A stretch of 60,966 bases of DNA from positions 1 to 60,966 of the forward strand of contig NW_021832397.1 in NCBI RefSeq assembly GCF_006345805.1, read 5' to 3'. Below, in pieces: positions 11,498 to 27,126 of the stretch. The position numbers and the translations under genes are program-made. Within the stretch, counting starts at the first letter, position 1. Each line of letters begins with the position of its first letter. The stretch is from Octopus sinensis. Lineage: Eukaryota. The notes under the pieces were generated by a model that ran no database searches, was not told where the DNA came from, and saw only the letters and a list, made by a program, of their open reading frames with translations.

Positions 11498-14400
11498 CAT
11501 GTGTGTATATGTTTGTGTGTCTGTGTTTGTCCCCCTAGCATTGCTTGGTAATCGATGCTGGTGTCTTTATGTCCCTGTCACTTAGCGGTTCGGCAAAAGA
11601 AACAGATGGAATAAGTATGAGGCTTACTAAGAATAAGTCCCGGGGTCGAGTTGCTCGACTAAAGGCGGTGCTCCAGAATGGCCGCAGTCAAATGACTGAA
11701 GCAAGTAAGAGAGAATATTTATGTGTATGCGCGTGTATATGTGCCTGCATGGCTGTGTGTATGTATATTATATAATTATATATCCATAGACATTACTTAT
11801 CCATATCTATTATAAAAGATTAAAAAATTTTTACACTCACAGGAATTTCCGAGGAGAATTGGTAGAACAGTTGCCAAGCACGATACACCTCCAACAACCA
11901 TTGTCAGACTTTGCAATTTCTTTCTTCCCATGCGATCCAAAAATATAATACAGAAGAAATAAGCTGGGAATTCTACCATAGCACCCAGAGAAAAGTTTAC
12001 AAAAACGTTCCCACCGAGATCCTGGCTATTTAGGGCAAGGCCAAAATAAACCACACTGACAGAGATCCTAGAAAGAAGAGAGAAAAAGTTTTAAAATAAC
12101 TAATTTATCAAAGAACAATAAAAATTTTATGAGAATAAATTCTGCTTGGTTATAAATATAATTGATATAAAATCCGTTCTGTCTGTCTGTGTGTGTGTCT
12201 TCGAGGATCTCGAGCATCCTCCATCCGATTGCGCTCAAATTTGATATGTAGATACAGACGGTACCAGGGCATGTATAAATCTTGAAAAACCTACAAAAAT
12301 TGATTCCAGATTAGAATGCGATCGACAAAGCCGTGGGAGCGTGCATTTGTACGCGCAAGTACATCAGCTGTTGCGATCGATACTACGCGTACGCGAGAAA
12401 AATGCACGTGCAGTTTGCACACAAAAAGCCGACTGGCTTGAAATAATGCCACAAAATGGGACGATCGGACAAGTTGTTTTGAGAAAATTTGGTTTAAATG
12501 TTTGCCAACTCAGCACCGTCCATTGGACGTGGGTGGGGGGCGTTTTGCTCGTAATTGATATACAAAACTAAACTGTTTACTGGAAGAACTGTGATAGCCA
12601 TTTAAAACACACATGTGCTGTTATAATGCCCATGGGGTAGAAAGGGCTCCTTAGCCGTAGTGAAGGCAATCTATCTAGGGAGATAACCTTACAATAAATC
12701 ACTGGGTCCGTAGCTTAGAAATACTGGGTTGATGTCCAGCGGGAACAGCTTTGTTTCATGGAGGAGGAAAGATCTTCTTTAGTACTTGGTTGTACAATGC
12801 TTTCCAATGTGTGTAGTAGTGGCGCGCGCACACATTATTAGCCATTTGAAAAGACTATGAAAGTCTCGACCACGGTCGAACAATGATGATGATGATGATG
12901 CCTCTTATTTTATGTATGTGTTCTGTTTATACACCAAATTTACTGCAGGATAGTGTCCAGGGGAAACTCCCTTCACGACGTTGAGTGTTAAAGAACAACA
13001 CCTGAATGTCATAGAAAAGGTGAAACAACTCGCCTCAGAATCACTGAAAATGTTCTTTAACTCTCGACATTGTGCGGGGAGTATTCCCGAGACGATATAC
13101 TGCAGAAAATTTGGTGTATAAATTACACATACTCTATGTATGTGCGACCGATGGTGTTTAAATATGTGTGTGTCGCTTGTATAAATGGCTAGATGGATTT
13201 GTACTAAAAGCCGTAAACATTTGATAAAATTGTGCCTATATTTGTGCAAAAAGACGTACACATACACACGAACACATCTTTGTATATCTTAATAAGTGTA
13301 GCAGTTTGCTGTTTGAAATTCAGTGTCATATCTATGAAATCTTTCTATTCAGTTTGTTCCTAATACGTAGGCATATATACACTACCCGGGCGCTGCAGTT
13401 GCCTGAAGCCCTTTTACCAACAAAATCGTATAAAAACGTATATTCTTTAACTTTAACAAACAGTCAAAGCCAATGTCTTGCAGTTATCACCATCCACTCA
13501 TTTCCATCGCTCAATCGATTTCTGCTAGATTAAATTTTTACGTCAATATCATTATTCATTTTAGCATAAGACTAGCAGTATCGCCCGGCGTTGCTCAGGT
13601 TTGTAAGGGAAATAACTATAAAGCATTTTTAGAGAGTTATAGCCAAAAAATAGCAAAAAAATGGGAAAAAAATGATGGTAAATTTTTTTTTGAGAGTTAA
13701 AACAGGTCGAGTTGCGTCCCCTAGACAGTCTGTGGTTTGTGTTTCTGATTCTCGACCCCATGTCGAATTTATCGATTTTTTTCAGAACTGGGGGAACTTT
13801 TCAAAATTTTCGCTGCGTTAGTTTTGAATTATGACATTGGGCTATGTGTGTGTCAAGTTTCATCAGAATCGGTTGAAAGCAGTGGTCAGGGTGAGGGTAC
13901 AACCAAACAGACACACAGAAACACACACAGACAAACTGCCGTTTATATAGAGAGAGATACTGACCAGCAAAAACACATAATGGCACACCAGCAAGTAAGT
14001 TTCTTGGATGTAAAAACCTTCCAGAATTTTACTTTAGGCGTCATTTCAGCGGAAATCTCTGAAAAATATTCGACTGGAATCTCTTTGTTGTTTATTCTCG
14101 CTATGCGCTTGATTATCTTGTCTGCTTCTTCCAATCGTCCAGAGCTTATAAGCCATCGGGGAGATTCTGGGATGAATCTGTAAAGACATGAATTTAAAAA
14201 ATGGTAATTTTAATTTGAAATATATTGGGTTTAGAATTATTTCTTTTTTATGGACTAATCAATCTTTTATTCTATTTTCATTTTTATTTTTGCTTTCTCT
14301 TTAAAATATATTTTGTTGAAGATCTACAAAAGCGTCGTGAGGGCTTCGATAGAAACCTCAAGTTCTTCCTCACTCTGCACACACACATATACGCACAAAC

Positions 14401-14569
14401 TCACAGTCATATATTTATTTACACACACATAACTATGCATATGTCTGTTAAAATAAATGCACGTATGTATGTATGCATGTATAAATATATCTGTGTGTGT
14501 GTATGTACATACGCACATGCACAAACACAGACATCCAGATACCTCCCACACATCTATACGATATAATAT

Positions 14570-14632
<63 letters not shown>

Positions 14633-16408
14633 ATACACATATATATTATGTGTGTGTGTGGTGTGTGTGTGTGTGTGTGCGTATTAGAAGAAATAAGGTA
14701 CTCAGGAATCTAGATAATTTTACATTTACAGATTTTTATTAATATGTCACATGTTTTTAAAATCATATATATGAAACCCATCACCAGGTTGGTATATGAA
14801 GGTGAGAATTTCGTACCCATAGCCGAGCCATTTATCTGTCGGTATGCCTTGTTAAATGAGAATGTGTTTTCTTCAAGTATTAATTGGGTGGCTTTAGTTA
14901 TAAAGTCTGTTTTGAAACGTTTATCTATGAGTTCCCTGTATTTTTCTACCCACACACGGCGGTGACCCCAAAGTAGGGTTACAGTTATTATGCAGGCACT
15001 TTAAGTTTCTTTTATAACATTTTATTACATTTAAATTTCTATCTTACAAACTGAAAAGGGAGCTTGACAAAATTCACTAAATTAGCATAGAATAATGGCT
15101 TCATATTTTTTTATAATTAAGATCTAAACTGTTAATGTACGAAAGCGAAAGAGATAATTGAATAACTGTTAACCAACTATTGGGCTGACCTGTATGTATA
15201 ATTGAAAAAAGATTAGAGATCTATACACTAGCGTAGCTAGAGTGTGTGCCGTCCGGGGTCGCCCTTCCGTTTGCACCACAGAAACTCAAATTGCACACCC
15301 AAAAGTGCTGCCCTACCGCCATCCCTTAGCTACGTTAGTGGATCTATAAAAATTAAATTGTTGTATATAAAAAATGGAGGTGGAAACAGCACAGAAGTAA
15401 GTCTAAGACGTTTCAGTTTAAGAGGGAATTTAATAAAAATGATTTCAAAAATTATGTAAAGAAAATAGTACCGCACCTTACAAACTTATAAAACCTTTAT
15501 CCCCATCTTACACACTTATAAGACCTATACGTCACAATTTAAGGTATACTCACTCACAAACACGTATACACATGACAGGCTTCCATATAGTTTTTGTCTA
15601 TCATAATTCTACTCACAATGTATAAAGGTACTACTAGTGGGATCGAACATAGAACTCATACTTGCGAAGTGGATCTCTTAACTAGACAAATATGTCTGTT
15701 GTTGTTGTTATTGTTGACGTCGTCGTCGCCGACATATGGCATGATGTCATAATAATTGCTAGCAATTGTATACAGAGAGAAATACCAAATAGATCCACTG
15801 CCGACAACAACGTGATATCTGATATCAACGGCATCGCTCTCTAAAGAAACCTCTAAATTTAGCTTCGCTAAGTTCTGGCAGGCTGTGACTGGAATCGACA
15901 AACTCTTGATATTATCAGCAACCCACCACACCCATCATTATAATCATCACCAGTATCACCGCCAACGCCACTACTACCAGGACCACCACGTCCACAAGAA
16001 CAACAACGAAACAACGCATCGCCAAAAACTAAATGAAAAAACAACAGCTGTATGAAAAAACCACCAACAGCTGAAGAACAGAGGAGAATCGTTGTAAGGG
16101 GGGAGTGGTGACCTTGTCATATCGCATTTCATCTTGCCGGTGGTGAACGTGCAGCTGTGAGGGGCGACCTCGAGATATTAGTTACAGTTTTTTAATAATA
16201 TCTATACAGTGAGGAGGCATGACCTACTGACATTAACGTATCGGGCCTACATCGCCACGCTTTACATGAGTTTCGGGATAGGGCCAACGCTATTTCGGTG
16301 GATTAAATAGATTTCTATGCGAGATACTTTGATACATACATACATAGGCACATACCTGTGTGTATATGTACATACGCAAAAACACACATTACAGATATAT
16401 ATATATAT

Positions 16409-16449
<41 letters not shown>

Positions 16450-16508
16450 CATATATATATACATGCAAATATATATACATGCATGCAAACATATATACAT
16501 ATATACAC

Positions 16509-16557
<49 letters not shown>

Positions 16558-17110
16558 CTATTCTCACATTTCTTTGCTTTCTCTTCTTGCTCACTTTCCC
16601 TCCACTTTTCACTTCACTGTGTCCCTGTAATTTTTTCTCGCCCCTCCATAATTCTTCTGTCCCTCTGCTTCTACTTCTTTCTCTTCTCTTCCCACGTGAC
16701 CGGCGTTCGACCAAGCATGTTCTTTCTTTCTTGGTCTGGCCGTTGTCCGTGCAACATCGATATTCCTCCCTCATTTCCACACACACCAGCTTAATTTAAT
16801 TCGTCCTTAGTCGAAAGACACTTGTTGTTATGCCCTGTTATTATTTTATTGCATTTGAGTAACATTGTCCGTTTTTTTCTGTCCTTGTTTTTGTATACAT
16901 TCGCTGCTTTCTTCCAAGGAATCTAATGCTGTTAGCTTAGTTTTTCCTTGAGGCTGGCCAGATTGAAGCAATCTCAAGTATAATCAACCGAAATTGCGGA
17001 GATAATCTGGTACTTGACTGAGGAAAGAAAACTTCGAATAACCCGATGTTATGTTGTCCCATTTTGTATCACCTAACTGCCTGGATGTTTTGTGTTCTTG
17101 TCCCATTTTG

Positions 17111-17189
<79 letters not shown>

Positions 17190-17429
17190 AAACTGTTTCG
17201 CACTAGGTATGTTAATGCAACCAAGAGAAGTAGAACTCAAAATATGAGTATATGTTTATTAATATTTAGTAGAAGTAACAGAGTGACTCAAAGTCCGAGA
17301 GATTGATAAGTGCCAACGCAAGAAAATTTCGGACTCTGAGTCACTCTGTTACTTCTGCTAAATATTAATAAATACACAGTCACAGAGACATATGTATATA
17401 TATGTGTATATCTACATCTATCTGTCTGG

Positions 17430-17481
<52 letters not shown>

Positions 17482-18766
17482 ATCTATCTATCTATATATC
17501 TATCTATATATCTATCTATCTAACCTACCTACCTACCTACCGATCATCTATCTATCTATCTATCTATATCTATCTATCTATCTATCTATCTGTCTATCTA
17601 TCTATCTAGCTATGTATGCATGTAAATATGTATATATGTATGTATGCATGTATATATGTATGTATGTAGTATGTATGTATGTATGTATGTATGTATGTAT
17701 GTATGTATGTATGCATCTAATCTATCTGTATGTATTATATATATTATTAATATATATATATATATATATCTATATATATAACTGAAAACATTTGTGTCAG
17801 AAGAAGGAGTACGGTTGGACATTTATTTTCAATCACTACAATGGTTTCCACCAACGTGGTTCTCTAGGCGAGCAGGTACTCAGTTATGCAACCGTTTCCC
17901 GGTATTATGAGATCTAGTCTTGTTTCCTCAGGCGATATGCAAATGTTGTCTCAGTAAGTTCAAATTCTCAGCTTCAAGAACATCCTCTCTGCCGTGGCCT
18001 GGAGTTAGTCGCCACCGAGCTTATAAAAAAGTGTGTGGTGGCTGCAGGTTCGTTGTCTAATACTAACACCAGGTCACGACAGACAAAGAAGATGAACTTA
18101 GAAAATAAAAAATACAAAAATGTAAAATCAAAGAGAGAAAAAATATTTTTCTTACAAGAAATAAGTAGCTGCGAAGATGAAAGATGGAATTGATATCACA
18201 GTTGTCAACAGTCTCCAATCGTCTAACAAATAAGCCAGACCACACAGGACCAGTAATCCAACGGTGAAGAAAGCTTGCTCTATGATTGCCACGAATGTTC
18301 TGTATTTTAGGCCGACTATTTCTGTGGCTAAACGAAAGAAATCGAAGAAAATACACTTATAAGTCACTCTATTATAAAAGTCTTGAATTTTGTTTTTATT
18401 AATGTCGAGGAATACATAGCATGCGGCGAGGAAAAATCTATTTAAAAATAAGTAAAAAATAAGCTAAATTAAATTTGGAAAATGTCTATGAAAAAGAAAA
18501 GAATTAAAGAAATAAATCATAAAATTCTAAATAATTATAATTTTTTTAGAGAAATAAATAAAATAAACGAAAATGTTTGAAAATAAAAATAAAATAAAAA
18601 AGAGTTAGGTATATTTTCTCATATTATATATATATATATATATAATTTGTGTGTCTACAGATATATATATATATACATATATATGTGTGCATATGCATAT
18701 ATGCATGCTTACATAATATATGTATGTGTTCATGTGTGCATGTATGTGTGTGTGTGTGTGAGTGCA

Positions 18767-18799
<33 letters not shown>

Positions 18800-19294
18800 C
18801 TATGTCTGTAAACGTGCGTGTATGTAAGCGAAGCCCAGATGAAGGGTTGTCTCCATTTTCAGGTGTAATGTTCATATAAGATTCTTGTTGAGTTTGAAAT
18901 GTTGGATTTTGAAGGATTCAATTTACTGTTTCAGCAAAAGTTATGTAATGCAATTTGTGAATTTAAGTAAGTTTGTTCGCCGTGAAGTACAGAAAAAAAT
19001 CTGTTTAAAAATGGGATTTTCGTCTGGAACTGCGAAAAAAACAACATTTTTTTGACGAAGGAACAATTTTGAAACGTCAGATTCTTCTTCTTTCAATCTT
19101 ATCAAAACTGATGACCTTCGTTGCAACAATAATTTGGTTCTCTCCTGATTGTTTCCATGTTTTATGTTTCCATTTTCGGCCTTACATTACGATCGGTGTA
19201 TATGCCAACCGTCCTCGAACGCCATATTTCTCCGATTTTGAGTTAGAACTTTAAAAGATTGCATGGAAATGAAATGAAGAGAAAACTTTATATA

Positions 19295-19354
<60 letters not shown>

Positions 19355-19457
19355 TCGGTTAAGTTTTGAGATTCTAGTGAATTCTAAGAATTCACATGAA
19401 TATATATATATATATATATACATACTATATATCTATATATATAATACATACATATAT

Positions 19458-19494
<37 letters not shown>

Positions 19495-19943
19495 CCATAT
19501 ATATTATATATAAAATAATACACTATATATCTATATACATATGTATAATATATATACATATATGTATGTATATATATAATATGTAACATATATGTATATA
19601 TATATATAGTGACTATATGTATAGTACATATACACACATGCACATATATTGCATATATGCATACATATATGTATGTATAATATAGATATATAGATATAAT
19701 ATATATGTATATATATATATATAGTCAAATTTATATATATATATACATATATGTAAATAGATACATAGTATATATATATATATACATATGTATATATATG
19801 CATAGGTATATATATACCTGAATACATATACATATATGGATTGTAGCATATGTATATATAATGTATGTATATACATGTAAGAATATATATAACACATACA
19901 TAGACATATACGTTTATATATGTATATATATGTATGTGTATAT

Positions 19944-20015
<72 letters not shown>

Positions 20016-20875
20016 TCTTCGAGAATAATTCTGATTCCTTCGCCTGAGAATTCTTAAGTGTCTCGTAAGAGTTATTAATTTAATAAGTATATCCATTTTT
20101 ATTTTCTCACCAAACTTCGCCTTAAATTTTAGTTCTTCCTCTTTTTAGAAAGGAACATACAATCGTTATTGTTATATGCATATATACATACATAAATACA
20201 TGTATGTATGTATGTATGTATGTATGTATGTATGTATGTATAGTATATGTAGTATATATATATATATATAATATTATATAATATATATAATATATATTAT
20301 ATATATATATATATATATAATATATATATATATATACATTATATATATGTATGTATGTATGTATAATATTATATATATATATACATACGTACATAGATAC
20401 ATACATATATACATATATATATATTGTTTGTTCCTTCTAGAGCCACGTCTGGCTCATAAGGGCCGGTTTCCCGGTTTCCTTGACGTATAGGTTCCCCACC
20501 TGGCCGGGAAGCCGGTCCGTCGCAGGTGAGCTGCAAGATGTAGGAGGAAAGAGTGAGAGAAAGTTGTGGCGAAAGAGTCTGCAGAAGTTCTCCATTACCT
20601 TCTGCCTTAGCCCAGTCTCAGATTCGAACCCGGGATCCCTCGACCGCGAGTTCGCTGCTTTAATCACTAGGCCATGTGCCTCCGCACACACACACACACA
20701 CACACACATATATTGAAACTGAAACAGTTTTAGTTTCAATAAAACAAACTTTATCCTCTAAAATATGTGTTGAGTACGTCTCTCTTATTTGTCTAATATA
20801 CATCAACCCACACTCACACACGCGTACACATTTATATATGCATATCTATGCAAAACATCTGTGTGTATATATATA

Positions 20876-20956
<81 letters not shown>

Positions 20957-23144
20957 CAGTTGCCGTTAGTGTCTGTTTAGCTTCTCTCGAAATGAAGATA
21001 GTTTCACAAAGAATTTTTCTTGTACGGTTTGAAACATGTCTTTTTTTTTGTTTTTGATGTTGCTCTACATTCCGATCTATTTCACTTCCCTTGAATATGT
21101 CTATGGCTTACGTTTGGCTGGAGTGACAGTAAGACATCACTGGTTTAATGGTACCTATTGAAGCAGAAATAAATGTTCACAGCTGTCCTCTTTCCAGAAG
21201 CAAAAGCATTGAGCTTAAAAAAAGAAAAGTTTGTTAATTCAGGAGAATTTCAGATCCCATGGCATTATCTCCGATTCACATTCGGAGTCGACCGCAATCA
21301 CCGCTTGATGCTTGTTTACTTTTTCCTTGAAGCAAAAATAATTTCAATCAATTAAGAATTTATCTTGTACTATTTTATTGTCCAAATCCAAGCTCGGAGT
21401 TATTTCTACGCTCGTTTTCGTATCCGTGTGTACGTGTGTACGTAGGTAAATACATTGATGAATGATTTGGACAAATGTATGTATGATGATGGTCAGATAA
21501 TCCGATAGATAGATAGACACATCCTTCTCGAGATCTATGGACCCACAGGGGCCGGTTTCCCAGTTAATTTCACACTGGACACGATGCCGGTCGGTCGCAG
21601 GATTACTCGTTTTCGCCAGCGAGTGAATTGAAGCAATATAAAATGAAATATTTTGCTCAAGAACAGAACGCGTCTCCTTGTCCAGGAATTGAAACTGCAA
21701 TCTTACTATCATGAGTCCAACACGCTAACCACTAAGGCACACACCTCCACAGATAGACAGATAGATAGATAAGATATTTTGGTATCGTATTATGTATTTC
21801 TTTGGTGCATTTTCTATTTACTGTTGTGGAGTTGGTGAGTTTTCATGTGTTTAGTCGTTGCTATTTTTGTTGCAGTTCTTTTTTGTGATCGTAGTTGCTA
21901 TTGCCCTTGCTGTTATTGTTCGTGTCTCTTAGTGCCTTTGTTGTAATTACTGATATTTCTGTTTGAGTAAAGACAGTGACGATGTTAGAGTAGGGACATT
22001 TGACAGGTTCTGTACTGTTCTGTCAACCTTTCAGGCTTTCATCTAGCGGTGTTCCTTTTTAGCTTCAGATTTCTCCCCTTTCACACACAAAAAAATTTGA
22101 TACGGATCTTTCGTCATAACCTCGCCAAACAACAAAATTTTAGATTCGGAGGGTGTCTGAGGCAGCGTGTGTTTGCGTTTTCGAGAAGGAGCTCTTTGTC
22201 AGACTATACCTTTGCATACGGCGGCGGATTCGTTTGGTTTTTGGGGAAGGACGGGCTGTAAGTTTCCATCATTGTTTTTACTGCTGATGTCAATAGTTGC
22301 TATTGTTATACCAGCTGTTGTGGTTGTTATGGCTTTATACCTATGGACTTTACACCTGTACAGACCTTCTCCGTTTTTCCCTAAGATGTAGTTTGAAGAT
22401 CCTTATATGATTGGTGACTTCCGCGCCTTTACTCTTTCACAACTACAGTAGAGTGCCGTGTGACAGTTCTATCACGTCCGAGACGCTTTCAATAGTTACC
22501 GGAATAGTTTGGATCAAGATCTCTATCCCCTTTCTCAACCGTTCTTTCAGCGAATTTTGAGTTCCTTCAGATACAGTTACTTCTTCGTTTGTTTATACGG
22601 CCGCCACCAAACATCCGGTATTTATTTGTAGCAGTACATCCACTCCTTTACCTTTATCTTTTCTCGATCCATTACAAAACAATGATGAACTTATCACGCT
22701 TAGAGATATTCTAAACGGACTAGTTTCCTAGTTACAAACCGATCATCGGTATTTTATTTTTCCATTCTTTGTAGGTTCTGTCATCTCCAAGGACACTTTA
22801 AGGTGACATTTCTGCCCGCTTTCCACACAAATCTTCAGGCTCTTCGCAAAATCAATCAAATATTTCAATGAATCTGGCTATATTTGCAGAAAAGGTACTT
22901 TAGAAGCCATCTTGCTTTAACCTGTGTTATGCTGTAAAAAGGGAATATTGCTCCCTGCAGCAATGAAAACTGTGACAATTTTAGCCGCAGTGTTCCTTTG
23001 GTGCTATGAGAATTTTCGATCGATTCTTTGAGGAATAGGTGGCGCTGTTGTTGTTGTTATCATCATTATTTTCTCTCTTTTCTCTTTCAGTGCTGTTACT
23101 CCTGGCGTTGAACATATTGTTGTGTTGGTCGTAATGTTCGGCAT

Positions 23145-23179
<35 letters not shown>

Positions 23180-24772
23180 CTTCTTCTTCTTCTTCTTACT
23201 CTACAGGTTATCATTGTTGTTGTTATTATCGCTTGACATGCTTTTAATCTATTGTTTGTTATAGTTTTCTATTCATCGTCAGTGAAGTTGTTGTTGTTGA
23301 TGTTTCTGTCTGCCATTTCGTGTGGTTGTTGTTGTTGTTGCTCTTGACTGGTGACTGAGACAGAAGCCTCGATCGGTGTTGCTTGTTGCTGTTGCTGTTG
23401 TGGTTGTTACTATCTCTGCTCTTTCATTCTGATTTTCAAGTTCGTTTTTCGAGTGAGAAAGCCCTCAAATATCTGTTTTCTTTTTAAATTTATATCAACA
23501 GCTGGGTTTTCTGCTCTGCATCATGAGTCCCATTGTTTTCTTTTCGCACCCACGACAGGTCATAACTCACCTCCGCTCCGTATCGTATCACAGTGGTGGA
23601 AACGAACCAAGGATCAACGTCATTGCTAATATTCTTTCTTGTGACATCTGTGCTATGTCGTCCTGCGTATTGTGGCTCTAGCCTATGAATATTTGTATAA
23701 AGTATAAGCTCGGCTGGTCTTCTCTCTCCATTTTGAGTTTTGAATGAGTGATATCCCATAAGCCCTATTCTCGCCCATGGCGATGTCGCTGTAAAAGGGG
23801 AATATTACTCACTCTAGGGCTACCTCAAGTAATTTCTTGAGGAGAGAGTATAGGGAAAATCCCTATTTTCGGAAATACAGAGGAAAGCGACCTTACTCCA
23901 TTCTTTTAAGGATAAAGAAAATGTTTCGAGCAAGGAGGCATTTCCTTGGTCACTTATGTTCGCCACGTTGATATATTTTGTCAGCTCAGCCACTTGTGTT
24001 AATCACTTTTTTTCTGTTAGCAACCCTAGAGAAGGAACAGTTGAAAGTGTTATCTAAGTAGCTCAAAACAACGCGCTCGCTCAATAAATTTTACTCGTTT
24101 TCTCCGTGCGTTTGTGTTGTTTTTCTCAACAATATTGTTCAAAATGATGTTTTTAACAGGTAAAATATTATGTTTGTTGCGTGTAATGCATGGGTCTAGC
24201 AGTGAAATTAAATTGTTTTTCGTTTATTTGTTAAACTTTTTGTCCGCTCAGTAGCTGTGTTCTCTCTCTTTTTTCTTTTGTTTTTCGCCGAGGATGTTTC
24301 TCTGGTGAGAAGCGAGTGTGTGTTGAACGTAAACTCAAACAGAAAAATAAAGACATTTCTAAAAACGATAGACATTGTCTCTTCCTCTGCATGGGATAAA
24401 TGTTGATCGCATTCTTGGAGGTTCTCTGTCGAAAATGATCTAAAAATTAATGTTTTTTTTCAAAATTTCGAAATTCTCAGTGTGAGGTGAAGATGCATCT
24501 GCTCACGGTAACATTCAATAATAATAATAATAACAATAATAATAACAATGTAATGTTATAGGCAACTGACTAAAGGAGATGGGAATAGAACATCCTGTAG
24601 AGCTTCTACAGAAAGTTTGTCTCTTGGGGACAGGATAGATTATCAGAAGGGTTGTGAGCACTTGAAAGATTATTGAAAGCTTGTGGATATCCAAGGTTAC
24701 ATGTAGTAAACCGCTTCCCACATTAGTTCTGCCAGGAATGAGACTAAACATAATTCAAATCGAATGATGATG

Positions 24773-24847
<75 letters not shown>

Positions 24848-25778
24848 TCATCGCAAATATCCCCAACTATAGACAGCAGTGAGCTCACCAATACATTAAG
24901 AAGTGTAAACGATTGGAAAGCTCTTAAGATTGATAATTAATACAGATGGGTGGTAGTTTTTAATGAACTGACAATCAGACAGAAATGGATATATGAATAG
25001 ATTTTGGAGTAGGGGAGCTAAAAAATAACGGTGACCCCGCCAAAACTATAAAACTATAAATCACTTGTCAACAATAGACAAATTCCTTAGATCCAAATTC
25101 TACAACCAGTTGGTTAGTCACCTGGAAAGCAAAAACACATTACCAGAGGAAGAGAAAGTGTGATAACGGAGAGAGTTATATGGCTGTTAAAAGCGGTTAT
25201 TTGAACCGGTCTGTTGTAGAAAAGAGTAAAAAGAAAAAGCTAAACCTCAGGAAATAATATATTCCAATGCATCATACTGTTACGTGTTGGAGACACTTCA
25301 TAGAAACACATCAACCTTCCAATATTGTAAGAACCCATATGTCTTGTCAAGATGGAAAGCAGCATAATTACAATAAGACATAGGGGAGATAATTAAAATC
25401 AGGTTTATACCCATGATAAACGTAAACTTCTATGAGGCCCCTTACCTCATTTATCTTAACATATCTGTTTAATGATTCTTGATGCCAAGAACAAATTATA
25501 AAAGAAATCTCCTTTATGTGAATGACAGGAAATATTTAAAAGGGATAATATTAGGGTCACAAACTGCAACAACTTTCAAAGAAAAGACAAAATAAATGTT
25601 GAACTTCATAAATTTATAATTGGAATTGTATTTTAATTAATGTGCCTGACATGATGTTTTAACTTGTTAATGTTATTCCAAGAAAATGAGATTAGGTCGA
25701 TCTCCCTAATCTCAGTAAAGTGTGATTTTTTTAAAGTGTTGAATTTGATAACCAAAAATTATACATCATGTCAGACTT

Positions 25779-25842
<64 letters not shown>

Positions 25843-26920
25843 TAATAATAATAGTAATAGTAATTTCTACTATACGCACAAGGCCTGAAATTTTGGGGAG
25901 AAGAAAGCCGATCACATCGACCCTAGTACTTGACTGGTACTTAATTTATCAGCCCCGAAAGAATAAAGGCAAAATCAACCTCGGCAGAATTTGAACTTAG
26001 AACGTAGCGAAGGACGAAATACCGCTAAGCATTTCGTTCAGTATTTCGCTGCCTTAATAATAATAATAATAATATAATAATAATAATAATAATAATGGCT
26101 TCAAATTTTGGCACAAAGTCAGCAATTTCGGTGGAGGGGAAAAGTCGATTACACCGACCTCAGTGTGTAGCTGGTACTTTTTTTTACCGACCACGAAATA
26201 ATGAAAGGCAAAGTCAACCTTGGTGGCATTTGAACTCAGAACGTAGAGACAAACAAAACGCCACCAAGTGGATACATATTTTGTCCTTTCCAAAGATAGA
26301 GTAGGAAAAAGCAAAAAAAGCTGAAAAAAATGGTCTGTCCTTTTCACAAGGGAGCGATTGGTAAATCGGCGAAAAAGTGTAGGCACGTGGTTCAAAGCTA
26401 TTATAAGTAGCACATTAATTCAAATTGAGAACATTAAGTTAGTTACAGATGCCAGAGAATCAGATATAACTCCTCATATAAATATTTAGCAGCAGATGAA
26501 ACACACGGAGATGAAGGAGAAAATTAGAAGCGTCTGGTACTACTGAAAAGTCAGACTAAAATACGAAAAAAACTGAAGCCAATGCTAGAAACAAGTTAAT
26601 GGGTATATATACATTAACCATCTCAGTTATGAACGACAGCTTCAACTGGTAGCTAAGTGATTTGGATAGAAGTGGCAGGAAAAACCAGGAAACTACCAAC
26701 AACATCCTGAAATCTGTAATACAAAGCCGATATAAATAGATTTTATAGACTCCTCAACACACGCACACGCACAGAGAACTTGGTTTTATACAAACAGAAA
26801 AATATCATAAAATAGCAATAGTGGATATCAAAATACGTAATAAGCAAGCAATGGACAAATGAATAGCGTAATAAGGAAACGTTAAGAATATATATATATT
26901 ATATATATATATATAATATA

Positions 26921-26960
<40 letters not shown>

Positions 26961-26999
26961 GTATATATATATATGTATATTTATATGTATATTTATATG

Positions 27000-27030
<31 letters not shown>

Positions 27031-27031
27031 G

Positions 27032-27126
<95 letters not shown>

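Noticed and set aside
17019-17045. CTGAGGA-AAG-AAAA-CTT-CGAAT hammerhead-like motif
   Set aside because: No stem III or stem I, and the core A is replaced.
17830-18070. VLVLDNEPA resembling a Tc1 DDE motif
   Set aside because: Single short motif, no TIRs, no further collinear matches.
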